Made by a program: the position numbers and the translations under genes
Notes under the pieces: model-generated
Told to the model about the DNA's origin: nothing
The model's input: the letters and a program-made list of their open reading frames with translations, nothing else
Databases searched by the model: none
Assembly: GCA_949063825.1 (NCBI GenBank)
Contig: CARSRA010000002.1
Span: 1,571-65,570 of the forward strand
DNA length: 64,000 nt
Direction of reading: 5' to 3'
DNA from: an uncultured Candidatus Saccharibacteria bacterium
GTDB taxonomy: Bacteria > Patescibacteriota > Saccharimonadia > Saccharimonadales > Saccharimonadaceae
In this document: positions 58,153-64,000 of the stretch, in pieces
Position numbering within the stretch: position 1 is the stretch's first letter
How the letters are laid out: each line of letters begins with the position of its first letter

Positions 58153-59478
58153 TTAGAGTTGATGCCGTTCTTTTTCGCCAGTTTCAAGATTTTTTAGCTC
58201 ATACTCTCCAGTTTTAGCTTCGTTTTCGCCGATTACTGTCGCAAACTTGGCAATTTTGCTGGCGTGTTTTAATTTATCGCCTAGCTTTTTATTAGTCATA
58301 ATTATATCTATTTTTTGTCCGGATTTTCGTAGGTTTTGTGCTAGTCGTTCAGCAACTGCAAGATCATTAGAACAAAACGGGATAATACAAATGTCGATTG
58401 GTTTCGCGGTGTTAAGGTTAACAAGTTGATAATTTTGCAAAATCCAGAATAATCTAGTCAGTCCAATTGATCCACCAACTCCTGGGAATTTTTGGTCGGT
58501 ATAATTGCTGGCAAGATTTTCATAGCGACCGCCACTACAAAGCGATCCGATTTCGCGATGATTAGCAGCAAAAGTTTCAAATACGGTACCGGTATAGTAA
58601 TCTAACCCGCGCACGATTAACATGTCGGCTGTGACGTCCACTTTAAACCCTCCGTCGGCGTCATTGATAGTCTGTCCTAGTTTCAATTCCAGTATTTCCA
58701 TTACTTCGGCGAGCTCATCAACACCAGCCAAGAAAGTTGCATTTTGGCATCCGAGAGCCATTAGCTTCGGCTTAACTTCACTAATCGATCCGGCAATGTT
58801 CATAAATGTTGTAATTTTTACAACATTTTCCTCAGTAATACCTAGTTCATAGAGAGATGCAGTGGTTTTTTCGGCTGGAACTTTTTCGGCGTGATCAATG
58901 ATCGAAAAGATGTCGAGCGATTTTTCTTCAAGTCCCAGCCATTCGATTAGTCCGCCTAGCAATTTTCGATTGCTGATGCGTATGATCAGATTGGATAGTG
59001 GTAGAATCTGCACTGCATTGATTAGGGTTGCAATAACTTCAGCATCATAATAAATCGGCAAATCATTTCTTCCGATTACGTCGATGTCGCATTGGTAAAA
59101 CTCACGGTAGCGTCCCTTTTGCGGACGCTCACCACGAAAGTTGCGACCAATTTGAGTAACTTTAAAGGGGAAGGTTAGTTCGCTTTCGTGTTCAACGACA
59201 TAACGCGCTAGTGGCACAGTGTGATCAAAGCGCAAAGCCTGGTCGGCCGATTCTGTATCTTCGGCAGTTTTGACAACTTTATAAATCTGTTTTTCGGTGT
59301 CGCCGCCAGCTTTGGCTAATAAAATTTCAGTACGGTCGATCATCGGTGTTTCAATACTTTGGAAGCCATGAGCATGGAATTCTGTCAAGAAGCCGTTTTT
59401 AAAGCGGTTAAATTCGTTTTGTAGATTTGGCAATAATTCCTGCATGCCACTAATTGGCGCTGTATTGATTTTTTTCAT
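58153..59478 (-). CDS. hisS: Histidine--tRNA ligase
   Basis: LRFDHTVPLAR, RGERPQKGRYREFYQCDID, RGLDYYTG, GGRYENL. Confidence 0.98.
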   Translation of the reverse strand: MKKINTAPISGMQELLPNLQNEFNRFKNGFLTEFHAHGFQSIETPMIDRTEILLAKAGGDTEKQIYKVVKTAEDTESADQALRFDHTVPLARYVVEHESELTFPFKVTQIGRNFRGERPQKGRYREFYQCDIDVIGRNDLPIYYDAEVIATLINAVQILPLSNLIIRISNRKLLGGLIEWLGLEEKSLDIFSIIDHAEKVPAEKTTASLYELGITEENVVKITTFMNIAGSISEVKPKLMALGCQNATFLAGVDELAEVMEILELKLGQTINDADGGFKVDVTADMLIVRGLDYYTGTVFETFAANHREIGSLCSGGRYENLASNYTDQKFPGVGGSIGLTRLFWILQNYQLVNLNTAKPIDICIIPFCSNDLAVAERLAQNLRKSGQKIDIIMTNKKLGDKLKHASKIAKFATVIGENEAKTGEYELKNLETGEKERHQL

Positions 59479-59563
59479 GATGTAATTATACTATATTTTC
59501 GCGATAAATAAAGACGAGACTGTCGTTACGCGATGTGACCGCCATTTTTGGAGTGATTTTAAT

Positions 59564-60460
59564 CTATTTTAACTTCCTTACCACTACGGCTGATTTATCA
59601 AGTACTGATGGATCCAAGAATTGAACATTGTCGCGGTTTGGCGGTAAATAGAGAAAATAGTGGTCAGAAAAAAGCTGGAAGCGCTTGCGCAGTTCGTAAA
59701 AATATGATTCTAACTTGACTTTTTCAACCATCTCCTTCTGAGATGGATCGAAAATAATCGTAGCAGAGGCTTGATTATCCTCGATTGGTTTGATAGCTTT
59801 AAAAATCCAAAAATCATCGTCGATAATTTTATTTTGTTCAAGATAAATCACATAGTCATATGCTTCTGGCAAGCTAGCTTCGAAGCAAGCTCGGTCTTTC
59901 GTAATATCATAGGGGTTGAGCACTTTGACGTGCCTTGATTGAGCGAGTTGTATTGTGTTATCTACGCTCCCGTAATCGACAACAATAATCTCTAGATTTT
60001 TGATTAATTTTTGTGATAAAAGCTTGTCTAGTTGCACGGAGAATTCTTCTCCGGGACTATAGGTCGATAGTAACACCAGCACCTTACAATCGAGAGGCTT
60101 TGCATTCTTAGTTTCGCAGTTAATTCTGAAATCTAATTGCCCCTTTTCGAATTTTCGTTTTGCTTTAATCCTAGAGGGGAAGCGCAGAGGAAGAGACATC
60201 TTCCACCATTTGGAATTTACTAGGAAGTGAATATATTCGTTGTTGAACGCGACAGTTCTTTCTAAACTGGTGATTCTATCCATTAGCTGCTTATTCTGTG
60301 AGATCAAATAATCACGATCACCATAACGCTGAATTACTAACTCGTTTTGAATTCTCAATAAACTCTCTAAGTCGTCTGCGTATCCACTACTAGAAAGTGT
60401 TTTGATTCTTCTTTCCAAGAAACTGATGTAGCGTTTTGATGTTTTATCATCCATTTTCAT
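59564..60460 (-). CDS. Coiled-coil plus GT2-like glycosyltransferase-fold protein (degenerate)
   Basis: NSKWWKMSLPLR segment, EIIVVDYGSVDNT; DxD not conserved. Confidence 0.7.
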   Translation of the reverse strand: MKMDDKTSKRYISFLERRIKTLSSSGYADDLESLLRIQNELVIQRYGDRDYLISQNKQLMDRITSLERTVAFNNEYIHFLVNSKWWKMSLPLRFPSRIKAKRKFEKGQLDFRINCETKNAKPLDCKVLVLLSTYSPGEEFSVQLDKLLSQKLIKNLEIIVVDYGSVDNTIQLAQSRHVKVLNPYDITKDRACFEASLPEAYDYVIYLEQNKIIDDDFWIFKAIKPIEDNQASATIIFDPSQKEMVEKVKLESYFYELRKRFQLFSDHYFLYLPPNRDNVQFLDPSVLDKSAVVVRKLK

Positions 60461-61376
60461 TCCTTTCTTTGCATTTTTTAGCTAAAACCTTTTTGATACC
60501 TTCATCTAATTGGGTTTGTGGTTTCCAGTTCAAGGTTTTTGCAGTGTTTGAGATATCTAATATATTATTCTTGACATCGCATTTTCGTGGCGCCGAATAA
60601 TTAATTGTTACCTCCGATATATTAGAATATTTTTTGATTAGATCAATGCAATCATTTAGTGAATGACCTATGCCGGTACCAAGATTAAACACCTTATGAT
60701 CTCCGTTATACTCTATAATGCGTCTAATCGCTTCGATAGCATCATCAATGAAAATAAAATCTCGCAAATTATTACCATCACCCCAAATATCGATTACTTC
60801 ATGATTTAAAATTTTATCAGCTAGGATAGGTATAATACCTTGCTTTTGTTCTATTTTAGTGTTTTCGCTATATGGATTAGCGAGGCGCACTATTTTATAA
60901 TTGACACCAAAGAATCGGTGATACAGTTGCAGGTACTTTTCGATTAGCATTTTAATAATACCGTAATTTGAGATTGGATCCAAGCTTTCTGTTTCGGAGA
61001 TATTTTGAGCTTCACATTCTCCATATACTGCTCCACCCGAAGATAGGAAGATAATTTCAGGAATTTTGTTTTTGACCATATCATCCAGTAACTTGATTGT
61101 GGGGAAGACATTTTGTTCAATTTCAGAATTAACGTGATCCATATCGTCATTTGGATTAATAGTGGAAATCAGGTGTATGACTAGATCGGCGTCTTGTAGG
61201 TAGCTGGAATAATCCTCGCATTGTACAAAATCAAGAGTTCGATAAACCACATTTGGATGTCGGATGGGGTTTGAAATATCACGTCCAGTCACCACTAAGT
61301 AATAGTCATCAGCAAGTTGCTTGACAATGTTTTGGCCAAGAAATCCAGTACCGCCTAAGATAAGAATCTTTTTCAT
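60447..61376 (-). CDS. NAD-dependent epimerase/dehydratase
   Basis: ILGGTGFLG, SSGGAVYG, YGIIK, RDFIFIDD. Confidence 0.93.
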   Translation of the reverse strand: MKKILILGGTGFLGQNIVKQLADDYYLVVTGRDISNPIRHPNVVYRTLDFVQCEDYSSYLQDADLVIHLISTINPNDDMDHVNSEIEQNVFPTIKLLDDMVKNKIPEIIFLSSGGAVYGECEAQNISETESLDPISNYGIIKMLIEKYLQLYHRFFGVNYKIVRLANPYSENTKIEQKQGIIPILADKILNHEVIDIWGDGNNLRDFIFIDDAIEAIRRIIEYNGDHKVFNLGTGIGHSLNDCIDLIKKYSNISEVTINYSAPRKCDVKNNILDISNTAKTLNWKPQTQLDEGIKKVLAKKCKERNENG

Positions 61377-62944
61377 GTCTCCTCGCTATGTGATATGAGC
61401 TTTAAGAGATTCTTTTCAAAGATCTGCATATGGAAAAATTTTTCGTAGATTTTTCGGCCTTCGACTCTGATTTGATCTAGCTTGTCGGGATGCTGTAGGA
61501 TGTATATAATTTTTTCCGCCAATTCATCAACATTGCCACTCTTGAATACAAAACCATTCTTTCCATCGTGGATATATGTAGATGTCCCGGTGCAGTCAGA
61601 GCACAGGCAAATATTGCTCAGCATAAAAGTTTCCGTAGCCACCACTGGCATCGGATCATCAAGTGATGGCAGTGCTAGGACGTCGATTTCTTGGTATAAT
61701 TTAAACAATTCGTCTCGATTGATTGAGGAGTATAGTTTGATTTGGTTTGAATTTTGCGATGCCTCAATAATTTGATCCTTGATCTTTTCGCCCTCGATAT
61801 CTCCTGGAATAGTATCACCGATGAAGATGAATTCTGCTAATTCCAAGTAATTACTCGGGATTTTCTTGATCGCTTCGAGTAATAGGTGCTGTCCTTTGCG
61901 AATGTTGATTGATCCGCACGACAGGAAACGTATTCGCCTATTTTGAGTTTTTCTCGGAGTAAGATTAGCAGCTTTATCACGAACTCCGTAGTTTAGGATA
62001 CTGGCGTCATATTGAAAACCATAGTTTTTTAGTTGATCCATGGCATATTGACCCCCGCAGAGGACTTTTATGTTCGAAGTGAGATATTTGGGCATTTTGG
62101 ATCCTATAATGTCGTAAGATATCTTACCTTCGTGAATCCACCAAAAGATTCTTTTACCAAGATTCATATATCTACGTACGAAATTATATAAAGTGGCGGT
62201 CACCATAATAATTTCGTCAAAATTATCAACAAAAAGGTCCAAATCGAGTTTTGGCAAGATTGATTCAGTACCGTTATTAAAGAATTGCATAAAACGTAGC
62301 TGAGTACTGATTATGACTGGTACTCCAGCTTCCAGAAAGTCATTTCGTAGCGGACCATCAGCCAGGGAAACAACTGTTACGAAATAACCATTTTCAACCA
62401 GCACCTTTGCCGTGTCAAGTACGACTATGGGCGCCCCAGTCCGGCTTAACTCGTGGGTGACTAAGAGAATACTCTTTTTAGCGCGCTGATGAATGGGCTT
62501 TTTGGGGAAGAGCATATAACTACTACTGCCCGGATAGAGAAACTCTCTTTCGAAATAAGGAGAATCCTCCGCTAAGCTATTAGTAATAATTTGCTTGAAG
62601 CCTTTTAGGAAGTTCGGATCGTGTTCTTGGGCTTCATTTTGGAAATTGCATAAGTCAAGCAAAGACTGATTTATGACGCCAGGTTGGTCGAGTTTATAGG
62701 TCTTACATCCGTCGATTTTTGCTTTAACCTTGGTATTTATTACTGCATATTCTTGATAGTAGCGCTGTTCGATATCAAGAAAAAGTTGCATTTTGGTTGC
62801 AGTAATATTATATTGTCGATGCTTTTTGTCAGTATAATCTTCTGGGAAGACTTTTTGGTTTCTAAAAAGATATAAAAATGAAAAATAGATTAAATAATCA
62901 GTAGGGAGTTCCGCTTCGGCCAGCCATTCTTGATCGATAAACAT
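61373..62944 (-). CDS. GT4-family glycosyltransferase (probably C-terminal part of a frameshifted fusion gene)
   Basis: THELSRTGAPIV, GSINIRKGQ, PSLDDPMPVVATE; frame stays open upstream to ~63250. Confidence 0.85.
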   Translation of the reverse strand: MFIDQEWLAEAELPTDYLIYFSFLYLFRNQKVFPEDYTDKKHRQYNITATKMQLFLDIEQRYYQEYAVINTKVKAKIDGCKTYKLDQPGVINQSLLDLCNFQNEAQEHDPNFLKGFKQIITNSLAEDSPYFEREFLYPGSSSYMLFPKKPIHQRAKKSILLVTHELSRTGAPIVVLDTAKVLVENGYFVTVVSLADGPLRNDFLEAGVPVIISTQLRFMQFFNNGTESILPKLDLDLFVDNFDEIIMVTATLYNFVRRYMNLGKRIFWWIHEGKISYDIIGSKMPKYLTSNIKVLCGGQYAMDQLKNYGFQYDASILNYGVRDKAANLTPRKTQNRRIRFLSCGSINIRKGQHLLLEAIKKIPSNYLELAEFIFIGDTIPGDIEGEKIKDQIIEASQNSNQIKLYSSINRDELFKLYQEIDVLALPSLDDPMPVVATETFMLSNICLCSDCTGTSTYIHDGKNGFVFKSGNVDELAEKIIYILQHPDKLDQIRVEGRKIYEKFFHMQIFEKNLLKLISHSEET

Positions 62945-63191
62945 ATAATTGCCGTCGTGGCCCCTAATTAGGTTAGATATGTTCCCGTCGATCAGCGATA
63001 AATTCAGTATGTAATCATCGGAGCTATAAATAGAGCTCAGCTCCTTTGAGATTGGGTTTTTAAACTTGCGCTTAGTCGATATGCTTCGGTAGAACGAGAC
63101 CAGTTTTTCAAGCTCTTTATCAACTAGCTCCCATTTCTTTTGTTTTGCAAGATTTAGAATATAGCTAGAAGCACTTACTCCTTCTACCTTT

Positions 63192-64000
63192 TTAACACGT
63201 AGTCCCCCCCTCGTTTTTATCCACGCTGCAGGTAGGGATTTGATGATCTTTCATGAGATTATAGATATGGTAGATTTGATCAATGTGCCTCTCGGCGCTA
63301 GGGTTGGTTGGTATTTTTATGAAATCATGTTTTTTGCCTATTGTGGTGATTTGGTATTTTTTGTTGCGATAGTCATGTTCTTTTGCGAAAGTAATATTCG
63401 CCATTTTTGACTTTGGGAGGCCAAATTCCACCAAAAAAGAATTGGCAAAAAAGCCAAAATCACCATTTTCGATCAGTCCACCTAAAACCGAGTTGATTGG
63501 ATATTGAATATAATTGCCATATGGGTAAATCGGAACTTCATCCACCTCTTCTACTCGTGGGGGTCGCTGGTCGGTATAAATTATGCTCGGTAATTTGTAG
63601 TCAGGGAACGGATAATAAAATTTGTAATTTGAAAACCCATGGCGAGCGATCAGGTCGATAAACTCTTGTTTGCCAAAAGTTTGAATATTGGTATCCTCAT
63701 AACCCTGGAGGCCGATATATGGCGTTCTGAGATGATCTTCGTCGCAGCCTGCCCAATATTTGATGCCGTAACGGTTTTCAATTGCTAGGAGAATTTTGCC
63801 GGTCGGTTTTAGGAGAGCTTTCATGCGATCCAGGAATAGATCGAAAGGCTGATCGTGCTCAAAGAATATTTTTGCATACTCGAAGACGCCAACTAAAACG
63901 ATATAATCAAACTTATGATCTAGTTGAATATCTTCGAAATTACCAGCATAGACAGTTAGATTTTGTCTTTGGATGTGGCGATGATACGTGATGGCAGCTC
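63192..64000 (-). CDS. Class I SAM-dependent methyltransferase, N-terminal part of frameshifted fusion (5' truncated by window edge)
   Basis: FDYIVLVGVFEY...LLKPTGKILLAIENRYGIKYWAG, FYYPFPDYKLP; open to window end; stops just after a G7 run. Confidence 0.85.
   Translation of the reverse strand, partial: AAITYHRHIQRQNLTVYAGNFEDIQLDHKFDYIVLVGVFEYAKIFFEHDQPFDLFLDRMKALLKPTGKILLAIENRYGIKYWAGCDEDHLRTPYIGLQGYEDTNIQTFGKQEFIDLIARHGFSNYKFYYPFPDYKLPSIIYTDQRPPRVEEVDEVPIYPYGNYIQYPINSVLGGLIENGDFGFFANSFLVEFGLPKSKMANITFAKEHDYRNKKYQITTIGKKHDFIKIPTNPSAERHIDQIYHIYNLMKDHQIPTCSVDKNEGGTTC

Noticed and set aside
1..64000. tRNA or rRNA genes
   Set aside because: No cloverleaf with a T-loop consensus or rRNA-like tract was found in the intergenic regions by eye; GTTCGAA at 1264 lacks the surrounding tRNA arms.

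Overview
Bacterial chromosomal window, inferred to be from Candidatus Saccharibacteria (TM7, Patescibacteria/CPR); the assignment rests on divergent RpoC/EF-G signatures and gene content and was not verified by search. It is mostly housekeeping: rpoBC, gatCA-hyp-gatB, a stand-alone fusA, a BceRS/BceAB-like module, rmuC, cysS, class III ribonucleotide reductase nrdDG with two NrdR boxes, folA, iscS/iscU, dut, ung, tig, rpsL-rpsG, gap-rpiB-rpe-pfkB, hisS and part of a glycan-synthesis locus. The most striking signal is four ~200-bp gene-less cassettes (29942-30139, 30886-31086, 44500-44700, 44811-45008) plus a divergent fifth (29723-29917). Each encodes only the C-terminus of a FISUMP/C-type-lectin-like domain (PL[DN]FAYTGYY...LRCTAK*). 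They differ mostly at codon positions 1-2 of NNC/NNT codons, the pattern left by diversity-generating retroelement (DGR) adenine mutagenesis, yet no template repeat, reverse transcriptase or full-length target gene lies in the window. Also notable: an RpoC lacking the cysteines of both zinc sites and carrying NADYDGD, a candidate sRNA upstream of rpoB, a recurring GTTGTA-N5-TACAAC palindrome, many apparently leaderless genes, and a G7-frameshifted methyltransferase/glycosyltransferase.
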